A DNA stretch of 64,000 nt from Clostridia bacterium (lineage in GTDB: Bacteria > Bacillota > Clostridia > Oscillospirales > CAG-272): positions 640 through 64,639 of the forward strand of contig JAFXHU010000015.1 in assembly GCA_017533565.1 (NCBI GenBank), written 5' to 3'. Both the position numbers and the translations under genes were made by a program. Below, in pieces: positions 9,251 to 19,010 of the stretch (positions are counted from its first letter, which is position 1; the number at the start of each line of letters is the position of its first letter). Under the pieces are notes generated by a model, which was not told the DNA's origin, did no database searches, and was given only the letters and a program-made list of their open reading frames with translations.

Positions 9251-10582
9251 TCAGTCCTTGATTTCGGGGATATCTCCGCCGAATTTTTTGTTTCCGCCCT
9301 CGGTCTTTTTGTCCTCGGGAATCGGGGGAAGCTCCTCGTAATCGTCGTCGTCGATATAGTGGAGCGAGCGGTACTTCGGTCCCTGCTTTGCCGCAGCGCG
9401 TGCCGCCTTTTCGATTTCCTTTTCCTGACGGCGAAGCTCCTTTATCTCCTCCTCGCTAAACTTTGGAATTGGCATAAGCTTTGCAAGGATAAGCGAGTTG
9501 ATAAGTCCGAGTATCGACTGGTAAATCCAGTAAAGACCGAGCATTCCCGAGAAGCTGAACGCAATAAAGAGCGTCATACCGGGCATAACGAGGTCCATAA
9601 TCTTCATCGAGGCTGCGGTTTGCGCGTCCTGACCCGCGGTGGCGGGGGAGGGGTTAATCTTTCTCATTATCCACATCGTAAACCACTGTGCAAGCGCCGC
9701 AAGCACGGGAATGATGCAAAGGATAGAGAAGTTCTTAAGACTCGGCGTGTGAGCGAGGTTTACGCCCCAAAGCATAAAGTTCGGGATGCTATCGTACTCG
9801 ATACCGTAGTCTTCTATGAGTGTCATTCTGTCTTCCGCGTCGGTTGACTTCTTAATAGCTTCTGCGTTTTGAATGATTGCGAGCTGGTTGGCGTTAAGCT
9901 CCTCCTCGCCGTCCTTCTTTGCGAGAAGCTCGCTGTTTGCGGTATAGCCGTTTTCAACGAAATCGCGGATATTGCCGACGAGGGCAATTTCCTTCGTCTT
10001 AAGAGTCTTTTTGAGGTTCTTGTACGCCTTGTTCTCTCCCTTCTTCTCCTTCGTTTCAAGGAAATCCGAAAGAATCTTTTCCTTCGTTTCCGCATTGTCC
10101 GAGGAGTAGTCGAGATAAAGGCGAAGGGAAATATCGGTCCTTGAAAAATCCTCGTCGCTAATCTCGCTTATGCCGTTTACGGCAAGAAGGCTTGCGTCAT
10201 AGCTGTCGATAGGCTTTGCGATGTAGGAAAGAGGACCCTGAATAACGGTGTAGAGCAGAATGATTATGGGCATCTGGATAAGAAGGGGAAGACAGCCCGA
10301 CATCGGGTTATAGCCCTCCTTTTGCTGCAGCTCCATAATTTCCTGCTGCTGTTTTTGCATTGTGGGTTGGTCTGTTCTGCCCTTGTACTTTGCCTTGATA
10401 AGCTCGATTTTTGGGGTCAGCTTTGCCATTTTTATCTGGTTTTTCTGCTGCTTAATCGTAAAGGGCAAAAAGACGATTTTGAATACCAGCGCGTAAAAGA
10501 GAAGTGCGAGTGCGTAGGAGCCGGAAATCGTATTGAAGAATCGCATCATCGCACCGAGCGCGGTGTAAATCCAATCTAACAT
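9251..10582 (-). CDS. yidC: Membrane protein insertase YidC/SpoIIIJ
   Basis: LPFTIKQQK, NPMSGCLPLLIQMPI and GLYW motifs; operon context. Confidence 0.95.
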   Translation of the reverse strand: MLDWIYTALGAMMRFFNTISGSYALALLFYALVFKIVFLPFTIKQQKNQIKMAKLTPKIELIKAKYKGRTDQPTMQKQQQEIMELQQKEGYNPMSGCLPLLIQMPIIILLYTVIQGPLSYIAKPIDSYDASLLAVNGISEISDEDFSRTDISLRLYLDYSSDNAETKEKILSDFLETKEKKGENKAYKNLKKTLKTKEIALVGNIRDFVENGYTANSELLAKKDGEEELNANQLAIIQNAEAIKKSTDAEDRMTLIEDYGIEYDSIPNFMLWGVNLAHTPSLKNFSILCIIPVLAALAQWFTMWIMRKINPSPATAGQDAQTAASMKIMDLVMPGMTLFIAFSFSGMLGLYWIYQSILGLINSLILAKLMPIPKFSEEEIKELRRQEKEIEKAARAAAKQGPKYRSLHYIDDDDYEELPPIPEDKKTEGGNKKFGGDIPEIKD

Positions 10583-10595
10583 TTTTAAATTCCTT

Positions 10596-10871
10596 TTAAA
10601 TATTTTTGTTCTCGGTTATATCCTTCGCAGTGTCTGCCGGACGCGGGTTACGAAATCCTTTTTCGGGTACGGGGTCGTATCCACCCTTGCAAAACGGGTT
10701 GCAACGGAGAATGCGCCATACGGTAAGGATAAGTCCCACGAAAAAGCCCCGTTTCTTAAAAGCCTCGATAGCATAGCTTGAGCAGGTGGGCGTAAATCTG
10801 CAGCAGGGCGGTTTTAGGGGGGATATAAATTTTTGGTAAAGGCGTATAAGCCATATCATCAGGTGCTTCAT
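10596..10871 (-). CDS. yidD: Membrane protein insertion efficiency factor
   Basis: YQKFISP...[10 protein letters not shown]...[15 protein letters not shown]. Confidence 0.95.
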   Translation of the reverse strand: MKHLMIWLIRLYQKFISPLKPPCCRFTPTCSSYAIEAFKKRGFFVGLILTVWRILRCNPFCKGGYDPVPEKGFRNPRPADTAKDITENKNI

Positions 10872-11248
10872 TTTCCCTGATACATTCCGAGCTTTGCCAA
10901 TGCCGACTCAAGCTGTACCTTTATTTCGGTGCTTTTCATATTGACGGCGGCGTGCCGTGCGGCAATGACGATGAGAAATCCGACCTTAAGCGGCCGTTCC
11001 TTTTCAATGAGGCGTAGCGCCTCGCGCATTATACGGCGACAGCGGCTTCTCACTACCGCCTTGCCAAGCGTCTTCGAGGTTGTAAGACCGATGCGGTTAA
11101 CAACCCTTTTTTCGGGATGCGACCTTGCGAGTCGCTTTGCTGCATAATCGGGCAGAACGTAAACCGCAAGAGCCGATGTCACTGCTCTTTTGCCCTTTGA
11201 ATACGCTTTTGAATACAAATGATTTTCACAAATCGCCTTGAATTTCAT
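10868..11248 (-). CDS. rnpA: Ribonuclease P protein component
   Basis: [19 protein letters not shown] motif; GGAGG RBS before ATG 11248. Confidence 0.93.
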   Translation of the reverse strand: MKFKAICENHLYSKAYSKGKRAVTSALAVYVLPDYAAKRLARSHPEKRVVNRIGLTTSKTLGKAVVRSRCRRIMREALRLIEKERPLKVGFLIVIAARHAAVNMKSTEIKVQLESALAKLGMYQGK

Positions 11249-11368
11249 AAAGGCCTCCATTCAAGCAAAAACCCCGATAAAGTGCCGTGGTAAATCGGTC
11301 GTTTATCGGAGGTTTTGTTGTTGTCACTCTGGTGACTGTCACGTTGTGACCGACTGCTTCGCCGTCAA

Positions 11369-11503
11369 TTAGTAGGTGAGTCTTGCTCTTCCCTTGGCGC
11401 GTCTTCTCTTAAGAACCTTTCTTCCGTTAGCGGTTGCCATTCTCTTTCTGAAACCGTGTTCCTTTTTTCTCTGTCTCTTCTTGGGCTGGTAAGTTCTTTT
11501 CAC
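11369..11503 (-). CDS. rpmH: 50S ribosomal protein L34 (absent from ORF track)
   Basis: Manual translation from GTG: [44 protein letters not shown]; AAGGAGGT RBS. Confidence 0.97.
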   Translation of the reverse strand: MKRTYQPKKRQRKKEHGFRKRMATANGRKVLKRRRAKGRARLTY

Positions 11504-11565
11504 GATTGCACCTCCTTCGTCAAAAATTAACATCTTTTATGCGTATTCATATTAACGCAAGGTAT

Positions 11566-11594
11566 ATTATAACGCATCAACCACCGTTTGTCAA
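11566..11594 (-). promoter_or_regulatory. Consensus sigma-A promoter of the rpmH operon
   Basis: TTGACA-17 bp-TATAAT on the minus strand. Confidence 0.85.
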
Positions 11595-11723
11595 GCAATT
11601 TTTTAAAATATTTATTTTTTATATTGTATATACAGCTTTCCGTATTGTAATTGTAAAGAAATTGTGCTATAATTTTCCTCAGAAAGATGCAATGGTTTCT
11701 GCAAAAACCAAAAAGGGGTAAAA

Positions 11724-13967
11724 ATGATTTTTGATTCAAAGTGGATAACGTACAAAACGGGCGAAAACAATTCCCCCGACGATAAATACGGAAACCCCTC
11801 TCCCTATTTCAGACGGGGGTTTTCTGTCGCCTCCGACGTAAAGCGCGCCACCCTTTACGTAAGTGCGCTTGGAGTTTTCAAGGCGTTTCTTAACGGCGCG
11901 CCCGTGTCAAATGATTACCTTTCCCCGGGTTGGGTTGACTACCATAAAAGACTCCCCTACGTCACCTACGACATAACCGATATGCTTCGTAAAAGGAATG
12001 CGGTCGGTGTTGTGCTTGGCGACGGCTGGGCTGTGGGGCATCTCGGCTCCACCTATGCGTTTAAAAGATGCGGCTACTCGGAAAGGGTGGAGTTCACAGC
12101 GCTTTTGAGAATTGAATACTCCGACGGACATACCGACGAAATCTCTACCGACTCCACCTGGCGCGCAAGCTCGGGTGCAATACGCAGATCGGATATATAT
12201 ATGGGCGAATACGTTGACGGGCGGCTTGCCCTCGGTGATTTTTCTTCCGCCGACTATGACGACGGCGCGTGGGAGTATGCGGAGGAATGTGTTTTTAAAT
12301 TCTCCCGAAACCTCTTTCTTGACCCCGTGAAAATTCCCCCGATTGTCGTTAAGCATCGGCTTACACCCCACCCCGTGTCAAAAAACGGCAATAAAACTTT
12401 ATATAACGTTGGGCAAAACATAGCTGGCGTTGTTTCCCTTTCGGTAAGGGGAGAGCGCGGTGCGAAAATCACCGTCCGCCACGGAGAGCTGCTCTCGGAC
12501 GGTGCGCTTTATACCGAAAACCTCAGAAAGGCGGAGGCAACCGATACCTATATCCTTGCGGGTGGGGGCGTTGAAAAATTCCGTCCGCTTTTCACCTATC
12601 ACGGCTTTCAGTATTTTGAAATTGAGATTGACGGAAATGCGGAAATTCTCGATGCGGCTGCGGAGGCAATGTACACCGACCTTTCGGTCGCGGGCGAATT
12701 TTCCTGCTCTGATGAAATTGTAAACAAAATATATTCCAACGCACTCTGGGGACAACGGGATAATTTTCTCGGTCTGCCAACCGACTGTCCGCAGCGTGAC
12801 GAAAGACTCGGATGGACGGCGGATGCTCAAATATTCGCGCGAAGTGCAATGTGGAATATGGATTGTCGCGCCTTTTACGACAAATACCTCTCGGATATAA
12901 GGGATGCGCAGCTCGGTAACGGTGTAATCCCCGCGGTCGCTCCCGTCCCTCCTGTTGGAAGCCGCTTCTATACGGGGCGTGACTGTGCCGCAGGCTGGGC
13001 GGAGGCTATCGCGGAGCTGCCCTACGACCATTTTATAATGTACGGCGATACGAAAATCCTTCGCGACAATCTGCCCGCGGCAAAAAGACTTCTTGACTAT
13101 TACGCCGAGGAAAGTCCAAACGGCATACGAAACGGGGGCGGTGCATACGGCGACTGGCTCTCTCTCGGCACACCGTCCGACCTTTCGGCGATTTCAACGC
13201 TTTACTACACCCGTCTTTCGGGAATGGTTGCGTTTATGTGCCGCGTTATTGGAGATACGGAGGCCGAAAGGTACGAGGCACTCTTTGAAAGACAGAAAAG
13301 GGTTTTCAGCGATAATTTTGTTTCGGAGGACGGAAAAATTCTCTCCGATACGCAATCCCTTTACGCCATTGCATACAAATCGGGCATTATTACAAGGGAG
13401 GAGGCAAAGCGTCATCTTGAGAGAAAGCTTAACGAAAGCTGCGGAAAGCTCACAACCGGATTTCTCGGCATAAAATTCCTGCTTCCGACCCTTTGCGATA
13501 TAGGGCGTGCCGACCTTGCCTACGGTATACTTACAAGCACCGAATTTCCGGGGTGGGGCTACTCGATAATGAACGGCGCAACAACGGTGTGGGAGCATTG
13601 GGACAGCTTTACCGCAGAAAACGGAATACGTGCAGGGATGAATTCCTTTAACCACTATTCCTTTGGCTCTTGTGTGGAGTGGATGTTTGAATATTGCCTC
13701 GGAATACGACCGACGGCATCGGGTGGGTTTAAATCCGTCATCCTTGCTCCCACGTTTGACCCGACGGGCAAAATCACCTCTGCAAAGGGAAGATATGCCA
13801 CCCCGTGTGGAGAAATTGAGGTCTTGTGGGAGAAAACGGGCGATAAAATCACCTATACCGCCACAGTCCCGAATGCCGTAAATGTAAATCTTGATTTACA
13901 TAATTATGAGGTTGTCGACTCGGAGCACGACGGCAACAAATATACCGTTACCGTTTTGGCTCCGTAA
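11724..13967 (+). CDS. Alpha-L-rhamnosidase, GH78
   Basis: PTDCPQRDERLGWTADAQ, GATT.WEHW and MNSFNHY motifs. Confidence 0.92.
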   Translation: MIFDSKWITYKTGENNSPDDKYGNPSPYFRRGFSVASDVKRATLYVSALGVFKAFLNGAPVSNDYLSPGWVDYHKRLPYVTYDITDMLRKRNAVGVVLGDGWAVGHLGSTYAFKRCGYSERVEFTALLRIEYSDGHTDEISTDSTWRASSGAIRRSDIYMGEYVDGRLALGDFSSADYDDGAWEYAEECVFKFSRNLFLDPVKIPPIVVKHRLTPHPVSKNGNKTLYNVGQNIAGVVSLSVRGERGAKITVRHGELLSDGALYTENLRKAEATDTYILAGGGVEKFRPLFTYHGFQYFEIEIDGNAEILDAAAEAMYTDLSVAGEFSCSDEIVNKIYSNALWGQRDNFLGLPTDCPQRDERLGWTADAQIFARSAMWNMDCRAFYDKYLSDIRDAQLGNGVIPAVAPVPPVGSRFYTGRDCAAGWAEAIAELPYDHFIMYGDTKILRDNLPAAKRLLDYYAEESPNGIRNGGGAYGDWLSLGTPSDLSAISTLYYTRLSGMVAFMCRVIGDTEAERYEALFERQKRVFSDNFVSEDGKILSDTQSLYAIAYKSGIITREEAKRHLERKLNESCGKLTTGFLGIKFLLPTLCDIGRADLAYGILTSTEFPGWGYSIMNGATTVWEHWDSFTAENGIRAGMNSFNHYSFGSCVEWMFEYCLGIRPTASGGFKSVILAPTFDPTGKITSAKGRYATPCGEIEVLWEKTGDKITYTATVPNAVNVNLDLHNYEVVDSEHDGNKYTVTVLAP

Positions 13968-14115
13968 TGCCGTACCCCACGCGCCCCTTAAATATTTAAT
14001 AAATTTTGTAATCGGTTCTACTATGCTTGACAAAGCGTGTGTTTTATGCTAAAATAACCGCATAGTTAGAATGAGAAGTATTGGCTTTAGTCAATTTTCG
14101 GCTTTTGGAGGCTTT

Positions 14116-14667
14116 ATGAGAAAGGATATTGCAAAAATCCTCGTAACAGAGGAGGAAATCGATAGAATTACCACCCGAATTGCGGCGCAAATCGACCGCG
14201 ACTACGCGGGTGAGGATAAAAATCTCATTCTCGTTTGCGTGCTGAAGGGCTCGATTGTGTTTATGGGCGACCTTATGAAAAAAATCACCGTCCCCGTAGA
14301 GATTGACTGTATAAAGGCGTCAAGCTACGGCGCGGGTACGGTTACAACAGGCACTGTCAACATTCATCTTGACCTTGTGCGCCCCGACCTTGACAAATGT
14401 GACCTCCTTGTTATTGAGGATATTATCGACAGCGGCGTGACCCTCTCTTATCTTACAAAGTACCTGAAGGGAAAGGGCGCGCGAAGCGTTAAAACCTGCA
14501 CCCTTCTTGACAAGCCCTCCCGCCGCCGCGTGGAGTTTGTGCCCGATTACTGCGGTACCGAAATCCCCGACGAGTTCGTTGTCGGCTACGGTCTTGATTA
14601 CAACGAGCGCTACCGCGCGCTCCCCTATATCGGCGTGCTTGACCCGTCGGTTTACTCGGGTGAGTGA
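14116..14667 (+). CDS. hpt: Hypoxanthine phosphoribosyltransferase
   Basis: VLKGS..FM.DL, IEDIIDSG.TL and EFVVGYGLDY; GGAGG RBS. Confidence 0.96.
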   Translation: MRKDIAKILVTEEEIDRITTRIAAQIDRDYAGEDKNLILVCVLKGSIVFMGDLMKKITVPVEIDCIKASSYGAGTVTTGTVNIHLDLVRPDLDKCDLLVIEDIIDSGVTLSYLTKYLKGKGARSVKTCTLLDKPSRRRVEFVPDYCGTEIPDEFVVGYGLDYNERYRALPYIGVLDPSVYSGE

Positions 14668-15971
14668 TGCCGAGCGTAGCCGTCTATACCCTCGGCTGCA
14701 AGGTATCGCAATACGAAACGGAGGCACTCGCCGAGGAGCTTGTGCGACGCGGATTTACACTCGTGGAATTTGACACGCCTGCCGACGTTTACGTTATTAA
14801 CACCTGCACCGTAACTGCCGAAAGCGATAGAAAATCGCGGCAGTACATACGCCGTGCCGTATCGCAAAACCCCCGCGCCGTGGTTGCCGTTATGGGCTGC
14901 TACAGTCAAAGAAGCGCGAGCGAGGTTGCCGCAATAGACGGCGTGAAAATCGTCGTCGGCACTGCCGACAAAATGAAGGTTGCCGACCTTGTAAGCGAGT
15001 ATTTAAGCGGGAAAAGGGAGGGACGGTATATTTCCGCCCCGCCGCTTGACAATGAAAAATTTGAACCGATGCGCGTTGAAAAAGCGCCGCGCACCCGTGC
15101 CTACGTGAAAATTGAGGACGGCTGTGAATCGCGCTGCTCCTATTGTGCAATCCGCCACGCCCGCGGACCCGTCCGCTCAAAGGCTCCCGCCGACGTTATC
15201 TCGGAGGTAGAGGGGCTTTACAAAAGCGGCACTCGCGAGGTGGTGCTGACGGGAATTGAAACAGGCTCCTACGGGCGCGACCTTGACGGAGGGTGCGACC
15301 TTGCCGAATTGATTCTCACGCTCGACGGGCGTAAAAGCTGCGAAAGGCTGCGGCTCGGCTCGCTTGCTCCCGAGCTTGTCGGAGAAAAATTTATTCTAAG
15401 GGTAAAGGATGCAAAAATCCTTGCACCGCATTTTCACCTTTCGATGCAGTCGGGGTCGGATACGGTGCTTCGCCTGATGCGCCGCCGCTATTCCCGCGCC
15501 TACGCGCTTGAAACCGTTGAGCTTTTCAGAAGGCATATCGCGGGGGTACAGTTTACCACCGACCTTATGGTTGGCTTCCCCGGGGAAACCGAGGAATGCT
15601 TCCTTGAAACGGTTGATTTCGTGCGACGGGCAAAATTCCTCGACGCTCACGTTTTCGCCTATTCCGAAAGGGAGGGCACGGATGCCGTTTCTCTGCCAAG
15701 CCCCGTGCCGAAAAGCGAAAGACAACGCCGCTCGCGAGAGCTTATTCGCGTTGTGCGCGAGGTGCGCGACGAAATCCTTGACGGTATAGTTTCGTCGAAA
15801 AAGCCGCTTTGCTGTATTCTCGAAACGGGTGATGGAGGGTATTTTACCGCCCACTCCGACGAGTTTGCCGAGGTAAGCGTTTACGCTCCCGAAAACAAGC
15901 AGGGGGATAGGGTAAACGTCATACCCGTGTCACATAATAACGGCGTTATATGCGGTAAGCTTGCCGATTAA
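14664..15971 (+). CDS. mtaB: tRNA threonylcarbamoyladenosine methylthiotransferase
   Basis: TLGCKV.QYET, INTCTVT..SD.KSRQ and radical [11 protein letters not shown]. Confidence 0.92.
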   Translation: MMPSVAVYTLGCKVSQYETEALAEELVRRGFTLVEFDTPADVYVINTCTVTAESDRKSRQYIRRAVSQNPRAVVAVMGCYSQRSASEVAAIDGVKIVVGTADKMKVADLVSEYLSGKREGRYISAPPLDNEKFEPMRVEKAPRTRAYVKIEDGCESRCSYCAIRHARGPVRSKAPADVISEVEGLYKSGTREVVLTGIETGSYGRDLDGGCDLAELILTLDGRKSCERLRLGSLAPELVGEKFILRVKDAKILAPHFHLSMQSGSDTVLRLMRRRYSRAYALETVELFRRHIAGVQFTTDLMVGFPGETEECFLETVDFVRRAKFLDAHVFAYSEREGTDAVSLPSPVPKSERQRRSRELIRVVREVRDEILDGIVSSKKPLCCILETGDGGYFTAHSDEFAEVSVYAPENKQGDRVNVIPVSHNNGVICGKLAD

Positions 15972-16015
15972 CAGTATTAAAATTTGCAAATAATTATTTA
16001 CATTTGGAGATAAAA

Positions 16016-17407
16016 ATGGAAAACACAAAAAAGACAATGGACAAAATCGTGGCTCTTTGCAAAACTCGCGGCTTTATCTTTCCCGGCTCGGAAATTTACG
16101 GCGGTCTTTCCAACTCCTGGGACTACGGTCCTCTCGGTGTTGAGTTTAAGAACAACGTAAAGCGCGCTTGGTGGCAAAAGTTTGTGCAGGAGTCGCGCTA
16201 CAACGTCGGACTTGACTCCGCGATTATTATGAATCCCCAGGCTTGGGTGGCTTCGGGACACGTCGGCGGCTTCTCCGATCCGCTTATGGACTGCAAGGGC
16301 TGTAAGGCAAGGCACAGGGCGGACAAGCTTATCGAGGATTACGCATTCGCAAACGGGCTTAACGACAATCCCGCGGGCTGGAGCTTTGACGAGATGGCGG
16401 CGTACATCAAGGAAAAGGGCATCGTTTGCCCCGATTGCGGCGGAAATGATTTTGCCGACATCAAAAAGTTTAACCTTATGTTCAAAACCTTTATCGGCGT
16501 TACGGAGGACAGCCTTAATACCGTTTATCTCCGTCCCGAAACTGCGCAGGGAATTTTCGTAAACTTCCCCGCGGTACAGCGCTCTATGAGAAAGAAGCTT
16601 CCCTTCGGCGTTTGCCAAATCGGAAAGTCCTTCCGTAACGAGATTACCCCCGGTAACTTCGTTTTCCGTACCCGCGAGTTTGAGCAGATGGAGCTTGAAT
16701 TCTTCTGCAAGCCCGGCACCGACCTCGAGTGGTTTGCATACTGGAAGGATTTCTGCCACAAGTGGCTTCTTAACCTTGGTATGAGGGAGGAAAATCTCCG
16801 CCTTCGCGACCACGACCCCGACGAGCTTTGCTTCTATTCAAAGGCGACCACCGACTTTGAATTTTTGTTCCCGTTTGGCTGGGGAGAGCTTTGGGGCATC
16901 GCGGACAGAACCGACTACGACCTCGGTCAGCATCAGACCCACTCGGGCAAGGATATGACCTACTTCGACCAGGAAAAGAACGAGCATTACGTTCCCTACG
17001 TAATCGAGCCTTCGCTCGGCGCGGACAGAGTTGCGCTCGCCTTCCTCGTTGACGCTTATGACGAGGAGGAGCTTGACGGCGGCGACGTAAGAGTTGTGCT
17101 TCACCTCCACCCCGCACTTGCTCCCGTGAAGGCTGCGGTGCTTCCCCTTTCAAAGAAGCTTTCCGAAAAGGCGCTCGAGCTTTACGACGAGCTTGCAAAG
17201 GAATTCCCCGTTGACTTTGACGAAACAGGCTCTATCGGCAAGAGATACCGCAGAGAGGACGAAATCGGAACGCCCTTCTGCATCACCTACGATTTTGAAA
17301 CCGAAAACGACAGCTGCGTAACCGTGCGCGACCGCGATACTATGGAGCAGGTGCGTATCCCCGTATCCGAGGTAAAGGCGTATATCAAGGAGCGCCTTAA
17401 GTTCTGA
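16016..17407 (+). CDS. glyQS: Glycine--tRNA ligase (alpha2 type)
   Basis: [34 protein letters not shown] and [17 protein letters not shown]. Confidence 0.97.
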   Translation: MENTKKTMDKIVALCKTRGFIFPGSEIYGGLSNSWDYGPLGVEFKNNVKRAWWQKFVQESRYNVGLDSAIIMNPQAWVASGHVGGFSDPLMDCKGCKARHRADKLIEDYAFANGLNDNPAGWSFDEMAAYIKEKGIVCPDCGGNDFADIKKFNLMFKTFIGVTEDSLNTVYLRPETAQGIFVNFPAVQRSMRKKLPFGVCQIGKSFRNEITPGNFVFRTREFEQMELEFFCKPGTDLEWFAYWKDFCHKWLLNLGMREENLRLRDHDPDELCFYSKATTDFEFLFPFGWGELWGIADRTDYDLGQHQTHSGKDMTYFDQEKNEHYVPYVIEPSLGADRVALAFLVDAYDEEELDGGDVRVVLHLHPALAPVKAAVLPLSKKLSEKALELYDELAKEFPVDFDETGSIGKRYRREDEIGTPFCITYDFETENDSCVTVRDRDTMEQVRIPVSEVKAYIKERLKF

Positions 17408-17489
17408 TTTGAAGCTTTATTGCCGCTTTAACGAGGCAAAATTCAGCAAGTCCCCGACCAACCGTCGGGGGTAATTTAAAGGAAGATAT

Positions 17490-17954
17490 ATGAAAGACTT
17501 AAAGCGAATTGCGTCCTTTAGCGTTGACCACGATAAAATAACGGAGGGTATCTACGTTTCGCGTATCGACGGCGACGTTACCACCTACGATTTGCGTACG
17601 AGAGTGCCAAACGCGGGCGACTATATGGACAATATCACTATGCACACGGTCGAGCATCTTTTTGCAACCTACGTCCGTTCCTCCTCTATCGGGGATAATG
17701 TGCTTTATTTCGGCCCTATGGGCTGTCAAACGGGGTTTTACCTTCTCGTCCGAAATGCCGAAAACGGCACGGTTCTTGCGGTTGTAAAGGACGTGCTTTC
17801 TAAAATTCTTGCACACACGGGCGACGTGCCCGGGGCATCCCGCGTTGAGTGCGGAAACTATAAAAATCTCGACCTTGCCTCGGCAAAGCGGGAGTGCGAG
17901 CGTTATCTTGCCTGCCTTGAGTCGCGGGAGAATGATTTTACCTATCCCGCGTAA
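17490..17954 (+). CDS. luxS: S-ribosylhomocysteine lyase
   Basis: SF.VDH, HTVEHL.A, GPMGCQTGFY and CGNY. Confidence 0.96.
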   Translation: MKDLKRIASFSVDHDKITEGIYVSRIDGDVTTYDLRTRVPNAGDYMDNITMHTVEHLFATYVRSSSIGDNVLYFGPMGCQTGFYLLVRNAENGTVLAVVKDVLSKILAHTGDVPGASRVECGNYKNLDLASAKRECERYLACLESRENDFTYPA

Positions 17955-18015
17955 TTTAACACGGGGTGCGGGATAAAACGCAAAATGCAAATAAATATTT
18001 ACAAAAGGTGCTTAT

Positions 18016-18717
18016 ATGGACTGTAAATTTGACATCGGTATAATCGGAGCTATGGACCCCGAGGTTAACGAGCTTGTCGCACGTCTTTCGGGGTTGAAAA
18101 GCGAAACAGTTGGCTCTGTTACCTTCCACTCGGGAGAGCTTCTCGGAAAGCGCGTCGTAATTGCCAAATGCGGAATCGGAAAGGTATTTGCCGCAATTGC
18201 CACCGAGGCTATGATTTTGAAATATTCCCCCCGCCTTATCGTAAATACGGGCGTAGGCGGTGCGGCAAGCGCGGGACTTTCGCCGCTTGACGTTGTTATA
18301 GCCGACAGGCTTTGCCAGCACGATATGGACACCTCGGCAATCGGTGACCCGAAGGGACTTGTTTCGGGCATAAACCTTATCTATTTTGAAGCCGACTCAC
18401 GTGCGGTTGAAATACTCACCGCGGCGGCAGAAAAAATGGGCGTAGGGTATAGCGTCGGTGCTATCGCAACGGGTGATAAATTCGTTTCATCGCTTGAGGA
18501 AAAGACTCGCATCAACACCGATTTCGGTGCGGTTGCCTGCGAGATGGAGGGCTGCGCCGTGGCACAGGTTGCCCTTGTAAACGGTGTAAAATTTGCCGTT
18601 GTCCGCGCAATCTCCGACAGTGCCGACGGAAGCGCGTCTATGGAATATTCCAAATTCCTTCCCGAGGCGGCACGCATTTCCACCGCGCTTACACTCTCTT
18701 TGGTTGAAAAATATTGA
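18016..18717 (+). CDS. mtnN: MTA/SAH nucleosidase
   Basis: IGIIGAM, CGIGKV.AA, CEMEG.A and RAISDSADG. Confidence 0.95.
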   Translation: MDCKFDIGIIGAMDPEVNELVARLSGLKSETVGSVTFHSGELLGKRVVIAKCGIGKVFAAIATEAMILKYSPRLIVNTGVGGAASAGLSPLDVVIADRLCQHDMDTSAIGDPKGLVSGINLIYFEADSRAVEILTAAAEKMGVGYSVGAIATGDKFVSSLEEKTRINTDFGAVACEMEGCAVAQVALVNGVKFAVVRAISDSADGSASMEYSKFLPEAARISTALTLSLVEKY

Positions 18718-18846
18718 TAACTCGGTGGGGAAAATCCGTTTCCCGCCAAGCAATGAAAAAGACGGCATAAAGTGAACCCAAAAAGCTCACAAAAGCCGTC
18801 CTTTTTCTTTTTTAACCTTATTTTATATAGAAAGCCGCTACAAATC

Positions 18847-18985
18847 CGTTTGCGAAGCAGCCGCGGAGCTTAAAAACGTTTTTAGAGCAACCGTAGAGCT
18901 TCCAAATGACTTTTGGGAAGCAGCCGCGGAGCAAAAAAAACAACGTTTGGAAAGCTCCTGCGTAGCTTGCGGATACCGTTTTGAA
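18847..18985. repeat. Degenerate tandem repeat (~31-33 bp units)
   Basis: GAAGCAGCCGCGGAGC exact at 18854 and 18917, with decayed copies between and after. Confidence 0.5.
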
Positions 18986-19010
18986 ATAACGGTGGGGTCG
19001 GTCGTTGCGA

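Noticed and set aside
11504-11723. oriC
   Set aside because: AT-rich and next to rpmH, but no consensus DnaA boxes and no dnaA; explained by two divergent promoters
17490-18717. luxS-mtnN as a novel quorum-sensing locus
   Set aside because: Ordinary SAH detoxification / AI-2 pathway pairing
18847-18985. Possible CRISPR array (16-mer repeated 63 bp apart)
   Set aside because: Only two exact short copies, the intervening sequence is itself a decayed unit, and there are no cas genes
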